Shown one piece after another: positions 19,885-28,932 of a stretch of DNA of 64,000 nt. Origin of the DNA: Akkermansiaceae bacterium (GTDB lineage Bacteria; Verrucomicrobiota; Verrucomicrobiia; Verrucomicrobiales; Akkermansiaceae); NCBI GenBank assembly GCA_049889715.1, contig JBMHCW010000062.1:6858-70857 (forward strand), written 5' to 3'. The notes under the pieces were generated by a model. It did not search any database. It was given only the letters and a program-made list of their open reading frames with translations, and was not told the origin of the DNA. A program made the translations under genes and the position numbers. The first letter of the stretch is position 1. Every line of letters starts with the position of its first letter.

Positions 19885-19977
19885 AAGGCGGGCCGGAAGC
19901 TTGTGTTCTGAGAGGGGAACCTGCATCGTCAAACTAGCTGTCTTCTGCGGCTTTACGACTTCAACCGATTCCACATC

Positions 19978-20661
19978 ATGAAATTGCTCTCATATTCTTT
20001 GGCCGTGCTGGCCTTTCTTTGGGTGGCCCAAACGTCCCGTGCGGACGAGAAGCGGTTCGATGACGCCCAGCGATTTCTTTTTCACAGTATTCTCGAAGGT
20101 CTCTATGAGGATGGCGTGTCGACCGAAGACGTGGACCGAATTCTGTTAAAGCGCGAGAAAGAGGATTACTTTCATTTCATCCATGCCTGCCCGGTCTGCA
20201 TGGGGTCGGTGTGGGCCTTTGAGGCTTACCGTCATCGTCCTAAGAATTTTCATTGTGTGAAAGTGGCCGGGTCGACCTTCGGGTGGGGGTTGAAAAAGAA
20301 ATTACGCGAGGATCTGCATGGTGAGGATGTGGAGAAGCGGTTGGCCGTGATCAACACCTTGATCGGGCGCTGGGTGACCGAAAGAATGGATCGCTTGCGA
20401 TTGACCGAGGAAGAGCGCGCCAAGTTGGTTGATACCTTGGAAGGGAAGCGTGAACTGGGACTGGCTCGCCTGAAGGAGCTGCGGAATCAATCGAATAATG
20501 GTGAGGGGGCGCCGATTTCCATTTTTGCGCCGGCCTATGCTGGAAGAAACCAGCTGGAGTGTGGGGTATGTCGGGCGGCGGTGGGCAAGCCGATGGGATT
20601 TGTTGGTGGAAAGAAGGAGGCCGCGGAACAAGAGGGAGAGAAAAAAGGCGGGGAAGAATAG
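19978..20661 (+). CDS. Hypothetical secreted protein with two CxxC pairs and a Lys/Glu-rich tail
   Basis: Signal peptide MKLLSYSLAVLAFLWVAQTSRA, then HACPVCMG and LECGVCRA. No family recognised. Confidence 0.55.
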   Translation: MKLLSYSLAVLAFLWVAQTSRADEKRFDDAQRFLFHSILEGLYEDGVSTEDVDRILLKREKEDYFHFIHACPVCMGSVWAFEAYRHRPKNFHCVKVAGSTFGWGLKKKLREDLHGEDVEKRLAVINTLIGRWVTERMDRLRLTEEERAKLVDTLEGKRELGLARLKELRNQSNNGEGAPISIFAPAYAGRNQLECGVCRAAVGKPMGFVGGKKEAAEQEGEKKGGEE

Positions 20662-20684
20662 GCGGTCCTCAAAATCGCAAGGTG

Positions 20685-21419
20685 ATGACAGAAGCAAAGT
20701 TCGTTTGGGTGGATCTATCGACCTTTGATGTTGGGGAAGCGAAAGGTTTTTACGAAAAGGCGCTGGGGTGGAAGTTCTGGGATGATGGGTCGGGATACCA
20801 CTATGGATCGGTAGGAGGGATGGACTGCGGGGGTGTTTATGAAATGCCGGCCTTCTTTCAGAAGATCCGGATGCCCTCGTTCTGGATGACCTACATTGCG
20901 GTGGAAGATCTGGATGGCGTGGTGGCCCGGGCCCGGGAGGGTGGAGCCAAGGTGGAGTTGGAGGAGGAAAGTCTTGGAGGTCGGATTGCCTTGATCCGCG
21001 ATCCTGCCGGGGCGGGATTCACCTGTTTCGAGGGGGACTTGCCGGCGGCCCGGCGGGGATTCGAAAAAGAAGGGCAGTGGTGTTGGAGTGAATTGATGGT
21101 CTCGGAGATCTCTCTGGTCGAAGAGTTTTACCGTGATGTCTTCGGTTGGACCTTGATGGAGGATTCGCCCGGCCGGTATTTCATTCATGTTCCGTCCGGT
21201 GAGCGGATCGGAGCGATCCAGATTGCCGACGAGTCGGTCAAAGGCAGCAAGGAGTTCTGGGCGGTGTATTTTTCGTTCAACGATTTAGAAAAAACGAGGG
21301 CACGAGTCGAATCGGCCGGTGGGCAATGGGGTGGAAGTTTCGAGCATGAGTTTGGTCAACAGGGACTGGCCTATGATTCGCAGGGAGCGGCCTTTTTTCT
21401 GATGCAGGCGGGTGCTTGA
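20685..21419 (+). CDS. VOC (glyoxalase/bleomycin-resistance/dioxygenase) superfamily protein, two-module
   Basis: Two repeats of the beta-alpha-beta-beta-beta module (FVWVDLSTFDVGEAKGFYEKALGW... and CWSELMVSEISLVEEFYRDVFGW...). ATG 20685 chosen inside track ORF 20559..21419. Confidence 0.8.
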   Translation: MTEAKFVWVDLSTFDVGEAKGFYEKALGWKFWDDGSGYHYGSVGGMDCGGVYEMPAFFQKIRMPSFWMTYIAVEDLDGVVARAREGGAKVELEEESLGGRIALIRDPAGAGFTCFEGDLPAARRGFEKEGQWCWSELMVSEISLVEEFYRDVFGWTLMEDSPGRYFIHVPSGERIGAIQIADESVKGSKEFWAVYFSFNDLEKTRARVESAGGQWGGSFEHEFGQQGLAYDSQGAAFFLMQAGA

Positions 21420-21466
21420 CTGGAAGAAATTTGAGAGGTGTAACTTGCTCCCGGCGTTCAAGATTC

Positions 21467-22432
21467 ATGAGAGTCCTGAGATTGGTATTGGCGGGTTGGA
21501 TGATGACGGTAGGGCTTTCCTCTGCGGAAAATCCCCTTCCGGAGTTTGAGCTCAAGGGGGAGCTTTTGAGTGCCGACAATCTTCGCTGGCTTCCCACTGG
21601 AGAGCTGGAACATCCCGGAATCATCAAAACCGAGGGATTGCCCGGGGACACTCTTGGAAAGTATTACTTGTATTATGGCCCGCACAACCATGAGGGGATC
21701 GGGCTCGCTTATGCTGATTCCCTCGATGGTCCCTGGAAAGAGTTCAAGGGGAATCCAGTGGTGAAAGGGGTGGCTGCTCCCGATGTCCGTTGGATCGAAG
21801 AAAAAAAGAAATTCTTCCTCTGGGGACATGCCAAGAATGCGCAAACCGAGTTGTGGACGAGCGACGATGGTATTCGTTTCGAACATCAGGGGGTTAGCAT
21901 CAAGGCCTCAACGATCGGGACCAAGAATGCCACTTACACCAGGTGTTATCGGTATCCTCTTGAGAGGTTTGGGAGCAACTATCTCATGCTGTATTCGGGC
22001 TATCGTCCCAAGAGTGGGAAGCGGAGTATTTGGCTGGCTCATTCGAAAGATGCGATTCAATGGACACAGCTGGAGACACCATTGGTTGAACCGGTTGAGG
22101 GCGAGAATCTCCAACTCTATTGCCCGGCCTTTTTGCGATGGCAGGGGCGGAACTATGTGGTGTATGCAGATGGAACAGGCTGGCGGGGAGGAAACCTGAA
22201 GTATGTGGAGGTGGACCCGCATTTTGCGTCTGTCGGAGCCGGAGGAGAACGCCGGCTGCTGCTCGCTCCTCCTGAGGAACTCGCTCATCGTTTGCGTTCC
22301 CCGGAGTTTTTATTGGAGGGAGATCTGCTCCATATGATTAGCGGGGGAGGGCGGCATCCGAGGCGAATTGTTCATGCCACCGCACCGGTAGCGGGAGGAA
22401 AAACGAAAACAGGGGAGAAAGGGAAAGATTGA
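21467..22432 (+). CDS. Secreted five-bladed beta-propeller glycoside-hydrolase-like protein (GH43/32/130 superfamily, family unresolved)
   Basis: Signal peptide MRVLRLVLAGWMMTVGLSSA. GKYYLYYGPHNHEGIGLAYADSLDGPWKEF and SNYLMLYSGY...IWLAHSKDAIQW are typical blade motifs. Confidence 0.5.
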   Translation: MRVLRLVLAGWMMTVGLSSAENPLPEFELKGELLSADNLRWLPTGELEHPGIIKTEGLPGDTLGKYYLYYGPHNHEGIGLAYADSLDGPWKEFKGNPVVKGVAAPDVRWIEEKKKFFLWGHAKNAQTELWTSDDGIRFEHQGVSIKASTIGTKNATYTRCYRYPLERFGSNYLMLYSGYRPKSGKRSIWLAHSKDAIQWTQLETPLVEPVEGENLQLYCPAFLRWQGRNYVVYADGTGWRGGNLKYVEVDPHFASVGAGGERRLLLAPPEELAHRLRSPEFLLEGDLLHMISGGGRHPRRIVHATAPVAGGKTKTGEKGKD

Positions 22433-22499
22433 TCAGAGAGAAGCCAGAATTCCGAGAATCGATTCACGACAGAAGAGGAAACATGGTATTCATTGTGCC

Positions 22500-22931
22500 A
22501 TGAAACGACTGACTTTTCTGATGCTCTTTCTCACGGCGGCCCTTGGTTTGGCCAAGCTCCCGGCGGTGTTTACCCAGGAAGCGCGGAGCTGGAATTTTAT
22601 TCAGGCTGTGGGAGGCATGAAGATCTCGGCCAAGGACAAGCAGTTGTTTGTAGATTGCAACGTGTCCGGGACGAAGACGATCACGGTCAAACCGACTCTG
22701 GTGAATTCGGGAATCGGGGTCCGCAAAGTCAAAGTCAGAAGGGATGGCAACAAGCTCATGCTGACGGTCGTGACGAGTGTGATTGGAAAGGATGTGGGGC
22801 CGGTGCCCAAGCCGGTGGACCTTTCCTCTCTTCCGGATGGGAGATACCAGGTGGTTTATCTTGATCCCAAGGGGAAGGAGACCGCCCTCGGAAAGATTTC
22901 GCTGGAGCTCTTGGAGAAGGGGGAGAAATAA
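22500..22931 (+). CDS. Hypothetical secreted protein
   Basis: Signal peptide MKRLTFLMLFLTAALGLA and beta-rich composition. No family recognised. Confidence 0.5.
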   Translation: MKRLTFLMLFLTAALGLAKLPAVFTQEARSWNFIQAVGGMKISAKDKQLFVDCNVSGTKTITVKPTLVNSGIGVRKVKVRRDGNKLMLTVVTSVIGKDVGPVPKPVDLSSLPDGRYQVVYLDPKGKETALGKISLELLEKGEK

Positions 22932-22973
22932 GACTTGGGATTTTCTCCAAGAAATCCTCGGGTCTGGAGTCTC

Positions 22974-23384
22974 ATGGGTATGACCAGAGATCTGCAACGA
23001 ATGGCCCTGATTGTGGCCGGATTGGCTTTGATGAGCTTTCTGCCCTCGGCTCAGGCCGCTTCGGCTGCCGGAGCCGGAATTGAATTGGACGGGAAGTATG
23101 TGGGGGGATACACCACGACGTGGAAGAAGGAATCGAGAGCAGAGCTTCTTCGTAAATTGCCCCGCCACTACCTTTTTCTTGAACGTACTTTCAAAGTCCC
23201 CGTTGATCCCAAGAATCCCGACAGGGCGACTCTCAATGGGAAGATCAGGTTGATGACCAAGATCAGAGGGGACCGGGAGGTGATGGCGGAAACCAAGGTC
23301 CTCCATCTTGTCCGGATGAAGGGGCGTTGGTATGTCGACGAGAAGTCGTTGGATCGAGCTTTGAAGCCTGCGGGTAAGAAGTAG
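22974..23384 (+). CDS. Hypothetical secreted protein
   Basis: MGMTRDLQRMALIVAGLALMSFLPSAQA signal peptide. The start is one of ATG 22974, 22980 or 23001. No family recognised. Confidence 0.5.
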   Translation: MGMTRDLQRMALIVAGLALMSFLPSAQAASAAGAGIELDGKYVGGYTTTWKKESRAELLRKLPRHYLFLERTFKVPVDPKNPDRATLNGKIRLMTKIRGDREVMAETKVLHLVRMKGRWYVDEKSLDRALKPAGKK

Positions 23385-23467
23385 GACGCGCTGCCAGGGC
23401 GTCATTCTTCACAGGAAATTCACCTTCGTCGCATCACGTTTTCATATCGGGCAGCGAGAAGTTGCTC

Positions 23468-23884
23468 ATGAATGATCGCAGTGAGAACGATTGGAGACTT
23501 TCAGGAATTGCTTTGATCCCTGCAGTCGTGGGCTTCCTGGCGTTGATGGCGGGAATTGGCTATTGTGTCTTCAATGAATCCGGCCATTCAGGATTCGATC
23601 CCAGGATCGGAGGGGTGTTCTTCATCCCGATTCTGACCTTCGCTTTCGTCCTTGAGCGAAAGGGAAAAACGACGGAGGCCTCATTGACCGCCGCCGTGGG
23701 CCTCTTGGGAATGGCCTTTGGTTTTTTTGTGCGCGGCTTCGACATCATGCAGCCCTACGAAGTCTGGGTGCGAACGGGGCTTCCGGTGAGGAGTCCGGAT
23801 TCGCTTTGGTATCTCATGTCGTATGCGGTCTTGTCGATTCTGGTGATGTTGTTGGCGTTTGGAGCCACTCAAAGGAGACCGTGA
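23468..23884 (+). CDS. Hypothetical integral membrane protein (4 predicted TM)
   Basis: Hydrophobic segments IALIPAVVGFLALMAGIGY, VFFIPILTFAFVL, AAVGLLGMAFGFFV and LMSYAVLSILVMLLAFG. Confidence 0.45.
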   Translation: MNDRSENDWRLSGIALIPAVVGFLALMAGIGYCVFNESGHSGFDPRIGGVFFIPILTFAFVLERKGKTTEASLTAAVGLLGMAFGFFVRGFDIMQPYEVWVRTGLPVRSPDSLWYLMSYAVLSILVMLLAFGATQRRP

Positions 23885-23916
23885 CAGGGGTGATCGATTT
23901 GAGATGGCAGGAAGAA

Positions 23917-26022
23917 TCAAGGAAGGTATGATCTTGGCTCAAGATGTCCGAGATTCATAAAATCACCTTTCACGAGATTCCTCCACCCGAAGATCTCCGG
24001 GTGATCCGTGAGGGGTATGACCGGGACACCGAAAAGCTGATCGGTGAAGAAGGACGCCGGGAGCCGGCCTTCTTTGTTCGTGATGGTGACGGGGAAGTGG
24101 TTGGCGGAATCAGTCAGGACCCCGATTTCAATTTCCTCGAGATTGCTGGAGCGGCTTCCTTCGCGATTGTGAATGACGATGTGATGATGGGTGGCTGATG
24201 CGGTGTTGATGGAGTTGCTGACTCCGGCGGCGTTGGCCCGGTTGCCGACTTCCCAAAGGCACATGCCGAGAGCTCCCGCGCCGTCGTCCATAACGATGAA
24301 TTCGTAGGTGCTGTCTTCCTTGAGGGTGATGTCTCCCGAGCGAAGGTTACCTGCGAGGTTGAACTGGTTTCCGCGGGTGCGGACGTCGAAGCCATCGTTG
24401 ATTTGGTTGACGTTGAATTCGATGCCATTCTGGGTTTCCCCATACTGGCCGGCGGGGATGGCATCGCTGCGAGTGAGGATCTGCAGAAAGTCGTCGCCTC
24501 CGGAGAAGGTCCAACGACCTTTGATGTAGATCCCGCCGAGAGCGGCCGGGTCGTATTGGTCGCGGGTGTAGAGATGGCCTCGTCCGTCGATGCGGACATG
24601 ACCGTCTTCTTGAACCACCACCGCTCCCCCCTGCGGGATGTTGGTATTGGAGAGCCAGATGACTTTGTTCAGGGGATCGGTTTCAAAATCATCGGTGATG
24701 GGAAGAAGAGTGGGAGGGGGGAACGCCGAGCTGTTATTGGGGTCGGTTCCGGCGGAGACTTTAACATCATCGGTGAACTCATCCGAATCAGTATCCGCGA
24801 GATTGGGATCGCTACCGGTTTGATTCTCATCAAGGAACGGAAGGTCGGGATTTTCCACTCCGTCGAGGAGGCCGTCGCCATCGGAGTCGGGATTCTTGGG
24901 GTCGGTGCCGCGGTTGGTGGCATCTGTCCAGGTGTTGGTGGCGGTTTCAGAGCCATCGAGAGCGCCGTCGTCATCAGAGTCGTCGTCCAGTGGGTCGGTG
25001 AGACGGGTGAACTCCTCGAGGTTGGAGGAATTGTCGGAATCGGGATCACCAGAAGGGCCGAAATCCGGGTTGGTTGATCCGTTGTCCAGGTGAGCCCCTG
25101 CCCCGAGGTTGGTGATTTCCCAGCTGTCGGTCATGCCATCGGAATCGGTATCGTCGAAGTCGATGGGGCTGACTCCGCTGACCAGTTGATCGATTTGGGC
25201 CTGGGTGAGGACTTCCTGGTAGACGACAACGTCATCGATGAGTCCAACAAAGTTGGCTTCTCCGGTTGTGCCATTGAGGTTTCCCTGTCGGGCACCGACC
25301 ACGAAGTTGCCGCTGCCGTTGGGTCCGATTTTCGAGGTTGGTGAGCCGTCTTGAACTCCGTTGAGATAGATGGTGCCCGTATTGGTGAGGCCATCGTAGG
25401 TGAAGGTGACATGGGCCCATTCGGTGGTGTTCAATTGGGTGACACCGTAGTGATCGGCTGACCAATGCGCCTGGTGCGGGCGTCCGTTTTGGCGGAGGCC
25501 GTTGTGAATGCCTTGGACGGATTGGCCGAAAAAGAAGCGGTCTCCACTGAGTGATTCGGCCGATGGCAGAATCCAGCATGCCATGGTGTAGCTGAGGTCG
25601 TCCTGTTCGGGGAGACCGTCGCGTTTCCCGAGGAGTGAGGGCACGTCGAGACCGGAGACATTGATCATGCCTCTGCCATCAGTGGAGAATTGTCCTGCGC
25701 CGGCGGGCGAGGCACCACCGGGTGCTCCGGCAAGGCCAAAGATCACCGATCCATTGACGTCGCCAGTATAGCCGTTGCCGCTGAGGTCAGTGACGGTGAG
25801 GGAATCGGCGGGCTCGTCCAAGGGATAATAGAGAAGGGGTTCGGGCAGTTGGGCCGATGAGGCGGCCGTCCCGGTCGCGATCACCGCCAGCCGTGAGCAA
25901 GGAACCCGAGCTCCGGCGATCTGGATGATTTTGAGAGAGTGTGTGTGATTGCATTTGGTGGGCAGGAGGGTTGGAAAGCCAAGTTCAAACGAAGTGTTGA
26001 GTGAGTCTACGTCTTGCATCAA
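23917..26022 (-). CDS. Secreted LamG/concanavalin-like lectin domain protein with thrombospondin type-3-like Ca-binding repeats and a second jelly-roll domain
   Basis: LamG pattern (LSGNGYTGDVNG...SYTMACWI...WAHVTFTYDG...IYLNGV...NFVGLIDDVVVY). A run of Asp-rich repeats follows (DDTDSDGMTDSWE, DPDSDNSSNLEEF, DDDSDDDGALDG, NPDSDGDGLLDGVENPD, ADTDSDEFTDD). The N-terminus/start is uncertain: the h-region RLAVIATGTAASSAQ begins about 45 residues into the track ORF (first Met 26022). Confidence 0.8.
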   Translation of the reverse strand: MMQDVDSLNTSFELGFPTLLPTKCNHTHSLKIIQIAGARVPCSRLAVIATGTAASSAQLPEPLLYYPLDEPADSLTVTDLSGNGYTGDVNGSVIFGLAGAPGGASPAGAGQFSTDGRGMINVSGLDVPSLLGKRDGLPEQDDLSYTMACWILPSAESLSGDRFFFGQSVQGIHNGLRQNGRPHQAHWSADHYGVTQLNTTEWAHVTFTYDGLTNTGTIYLNGVQDGSPTSKIGPNGSGNFVVGARQGNLNGTTGEANFVGLIDDVVVYQEVLTQAQIDQLVSGVSPIDFDDTDSDGMTDSWEITNLGAGAHLDNGSTNPDFGPSGDPDSDNSSNLEEFTRLTDPLDDDSDDDGALDGSETATNTWTDATNRGTDPKNPDSDGDGLLDGVENPDLPFLDENQTGSDPNLADTDSDEFTDDVKVSAGTDPNNSSAFPPPTLLPITDDFETDPLNKVIWLSNTNIPQGGAVVVQEDGHVRIDGRGHLYTRDQYDPAALGGIYIKGRWTFSGGDDFLQILTRSDAIPAGQYGETQNGIEFNVNQINDGFDVRTRGNQFNLAGNLRSGDITLKEDSTYEFIVMDDGAGALGMCLWEVGNRANAAGVSNSINTASATHHHIVIHNREGSRSSNLEEIEIGVLTDSANHFPVTITNKEGRLPASFFTDQLFGVPVIPLTDHPEIFGWRNLVKGDFMNLGHLEPRSYLP

Positions 26023-26051
26023 AGGGGTGAGGACCTAGAGTCGGCTTCGCC

Positions 26052-26990
26052 ATGATCAAAGTCATTCTTCCGGTCGCTCTGCTTGTCTCGTCCTTCGTTT
26101 TTGCCGATGAACGTCCTCTTCCCAAGGTGAAGCACATGATCGACACCCATATTCATCTTTACGATACAACCCGGCCGAAGGGAGTGCCGTGGCCGCCGAA
26201 GGATGACAAGGTGCTCTACAAACCGCACCTTTCTGCAGAGTTTCACAAGGTTTCCAAACCGTCGGGACTGACCGGCGTCGTGATCGTGGAAGCCAGTGAC
26301 CGGCCTGAGGACAACCGTTGGGTTCTTGATCTGGTGAAGGGGGATGATTATTTCGTGGGACTCGTGGGCAATGTGGACCCTTATGCCGATGACTTCGCTG
26401 CTCAAGTGGCGGAGTTGAAGAAGGATCCGCGCTTTGTCGGTATTCGTGCGCGGAATGGCAGGGAAAAGAAGGCGATTGACTATGAAAATGAGACGTTCAT
26501 CGCCAGCTTGCGTGAACTGGCAAAACAGAATCTGACAGTTGATCTGTTGGTCAATGGTCAGGGGATCGGGGCCGTGAAGCAGATCGACCAGCTGGCGCGT
26601 AAAGTTCCCGAAGTCCACATCGTGGTGGACCATGTCATAGGTTATGATTTTGACGGGAAGGCTCCCCCGAAGGAGTGGGTGGAAGCGGTTGAGAAAATGG
26701 CCGAGAACAAGAACGTTTGGGTCAAGGTTTCGGGGCTTTATCAACGGAGTGTGCCTCAGCCCGCTCCGCACAAGTTGGATCACTATAAGAGCGTTCTCGA
26801 TATCCTTTGGAAGAACCTGGGCTCCGAGCGATTGATTTATGGGAGCAACTGGCCGTGCACCAAGAACAGCGGGGACTATACCAGTTTCGTGAAACTGGTG
26901 AACGAGTATTTCTCAGCCAAAGGGCAGGAGGCTTGCGAGCGGTATTTCTGGAAGAACGCCGCGGAAGCCTATCGTTTGAACCTTAAGTAA
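26052..26990 (+). CDS. Amidohydrolase-2 family (TIM-barrel metal-dependent hydrolase), with signal peptide
   Basis: MIKVILPVALLVSSFVFA, the metal motif IDTHIHLYD, VVDHV and LIYGSNWP, typical of PF04909-type lactonase/decarboxylase-like hydrolases. Confidence 0.8.
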   Translation: MIKVILPVALLVSSFVFADERPLPKVKHMIDTHIHLYDTTRPKGVPWPPKDDKVLYKPHLSAEFHKVSKPSGLTGVVIVEASDRPEDNRWVLDLVKGDDYFVGLVGNVDPYADDFAAQVAELKKDPRFVGIRARNGREKKAIDYENETFIASLRELAKQNLTVDLLVNGQGIGAVKQIDQLARKVPEVHIVVDHVIGYDFDGKAPPKEWVEAVEKMAENKNVWVKVSGLYQRSVPQPAPHKLDHYKSVLDILWKNLGSERLIYGSNWPCTKNSGDYTSFVKLVNEYFSAKGQEACERYFWKNAAEAYRLNLK

Positions 26991-27003
26991 GGGGAACGAC
27001 CGG

Positions 27004-27357
27004 CTACGTTGATTTCGCGGACTCGGTTTCGATTCGAAGGGCGTCTTCCTTGGTGGCGAGCCGGTCTTCGTAGGCCTCGATGGTTTCGGCGGCTTGCAAC
27101 CGGTCTTCAAGCTCGCTCAACCGTTTGGAAAGTTCTTCGATTTCCACAGAGGAGCCATTGGTGTTGGCAGGCTTGCCGAAAATCCAGACTGCCGAGATGG
27201 CAAGGGCTGAGGCGAGAATCACGGTCATCGGCAGATAGATTCCACCATTGACGACCTGACCGAAGATCACGCTGATGGCAAAAGCGCCCACACTGCATCC
27301 TGCGATTGCGCCAGTGGCTGCGGTCCTCGGGGCGGAATGGGAATTGGGATCACTCAT
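27004..27357 (-). CDS. Hypothetical membrane protein (2 TM) with C-terminal coiled coil
   Basis: GAIAGCSVGAFAISVIFG, LPMTVILASALAISAVWIF, then EIEELSKRLSELEDRLQAAETIEAYEDRL. Confidence 0.5.
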   Translation of the reverse strand: MSDPNSHSAPRTAATGAIAGCSVGAFAISVIFGQVVNGGIYLPMTVILASALAISAVWIFGKPANTNGSSVEIEELSKRLSELEDRLQAAETIEAYEDRLATKEDALRIETESAKST

Positions 27358-27557
27358 GATGAAATCATGCTAGAGAATCAGTGGAGAGAAGCGACTACAA
27401 GCTGATTGGCGCATTGTAGTTCGAAGGAGGCTTGGAACAAAGAGAATGTGGCCTTGTGGCATCACTTTTTGATTGTGCTCGAGCGTCCAAAAGGTGGATC
27501 CGATGAGCGACTGCCTGGAGAGGAGGAATTGATCTTCATTCGGTTCTGGAATAGATC

Positions 27558-27935
27558 TTGGCTGGGATGAGTATGACAATGGTGGCCTCGCTAAAGACAT
27601 TTGCCTTGGGACTGCCCGGGACGAAGACCGGAGTGGCGTGCGAGGGGACGGCCTTGGAGCGCGAGACGGTTCAAGTCGGTTCCAAGACCTTTCTCTTCAT
27701 GGGCGGAGGGGAACTCAAATTAAAGTTGGGGCCGAATCTTGAGGAAGCGCAGAATTGGGCAGATGATGGTTCGGCGGTGAAGACGGGCGGATCGGGTTGG
27801 GTGACGGTGATGTTGGAGAAGGCGGATGGGCCATCGAAGAAAGAGTTGGAACGCTGGGTGGGGGAAAGCTTCCGGCTTTTAGCGCCCAAGACCTTGGTCA
27901 AGCAACTGGATGAAGCGCTAAGACACTTGAATTGA
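27558..27935 (+). CDS. MmcQ/YjbR family protein
   Basis: LKTFALGLPGTKTGV...VGSKTFLFMGGGELKLKL...SGWVTVMLEK...ELERWVGESFRLLAPK fits the YjbR pattern. The start is ambiguous (TTG 27558 or ATG 27567-27579). Confidence 0.6.
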   Translation: MAGMSMTMVASLKTFALGLPGTKTGVACEGTALERETVQVGSKTFLFMGGGELKLKLGPNLEEAQNWADDGSAVKTGGSGWVTVMLEKADGPSKKELERWVGESFRLLAPKTLVKQLDEALRHLN

Positions 27936-28816
27936 TCGAGATCCTCGAAGACGGGACTCCGGCCCGGGAGATTCCGGAGTTGTCGGTGATTGCCGGGGAG
28001 ATCCTGGAATACACCGTGACGATGTATCGTGAGAAAGGTTTTGAATCGCCTTGGTTGGCCTATCTTGCGGTAGTCGATGGGAATTGTGTCGGGACCTGTG
28101 CCTTCAAGTCTGCTCCGGTGGATGGTCAAGCCGAGATTGCTTATTTCACCTTTCCGGGACGCGAGGGGCAGGGGGTGGCCACCGCGATGGTGGAACGATT
28201 GATCGAGCAGAGAACTGCCCACGATCCATCAGTGGTGTTGGTAGCGCAGACTCTTCCAGAGTCCGGGGCTTCCACCCGGGTGCTTGAAAAATCAGGATTC
28301 ATGCGGACGGGCGAACTGTGTCACTCGAGTGATGGTTTGGTCTGGGAATGGATCTTTGAGGCGCCTGGCAAAGAGAGGCGAGTCCGTGAGTTGCTGGCGG
28401 AAGATCTCGCAGAGATCGTCGAGGTGAGAGTGGCGACCTGGCACAATGAGAGTGGAGCTGAGGAACTGGAGTCCATGGGAATTACCATCGACTCGGTGAG
28501 CGCGATGTTGGAGGCAGGGAGTCATCGCGGATGGTTATGCCAGGTGGGGGATCGGATTGTCGGATTCGCGATGGGTGATCGTCGGTCAGGTGAGATGTGG
28601 GTGGTTGCAGTGTTGGAGGAATTCGAAGGCCGGGGAATCGGGAGGCGACTGCTTGCAGAGGTCGAGTCGTGGTTGGGATCGTGCGGGTGGTCGGAAGTCT
28701 GGTTGACGACTGATATGGATGAAAGTTTGAGAGCGGTTGGGTTTTATCGTCATCTCGGATGGACGGACTGGAAGTTCGAGGATGGGGATCGCTTTATGAG
28801 AAAAGTGTTGGGATGA
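27932..28816 (+). CDS. Tandem GNAT N-acetyltransferase (two acetyltransferase domains)
   Basis: Domain 1: AEIAYFTFPGREGQGVATAMVERLI...LEKSGF. Domain 2: MWVVAVLEEFEGRGIGRRLLAEVESW...FYRHLGW. These carry the Q/RxxGxG/A acetyl-CoA motif. The TTG start overlaps the upstream stop. Confidence 0.8.
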   Translation: MIEILEDGTPAREIPELSVIAGEILEYTVTMYREKGFESPWLAYLAVVDGNCVGTCAFKSAPVDGQAEIAYFTFPGREGQGVATAMVERLIEQRTAHDPSVVLVAQTLPESGASTRVLEKSGFMRTGELCHSSDGLVWEWIFEAPGKERRVRELLAEDLAEIVEVRVATWHNESGAEELESMGITIDSVSAMLEAGSHRGWLCQVGDRIVGFAMGDRRSGEMWVVAVLEEFEGRGIGRRLLAEVESWLGSCGWSEVWLTTDMDESLRAVGFYRHLGWTDWKFEDGDRFMRKVLG

Positions 28817-28932
28817 CCGAAAAGAAAGGAACGACCTGGAAGAAGATCGTCCTGATCGTGGTGGGAGGTTTTCTTCTTCTGGGGGCTGTGGGCTATGGGG
28901 GCTCTATGTATCGGGGTTTTGTCGCTATATGA
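28813..28932 (+). CDS. 39-codon ORF encoding the membrane-anchor segment of a signal-peptidase-I-like protein (below the ORF-track size cut-off)
   Basis: My translation is MTEKKGTTWKKIVLIVVGGFLLLGAVGYGGSMYRGFVAI*. Its ATG overlaps the GNAT stop (ATGA) and its stop overlaps the next ATG (ATGA). See the finding. Confidence 0.4.
   Translation: MTEKKGTTWKKIVLIVVGGFLLLGAVGYGGSMYRGFVAI

Noticed and set aside
22464-23405. 313-aa - strand ORF
   Set aside because: It spans two + strand ORFs that each start with a clean signal peptide. The minus product is Arg/His/Ser/Pro-rich and featureless.
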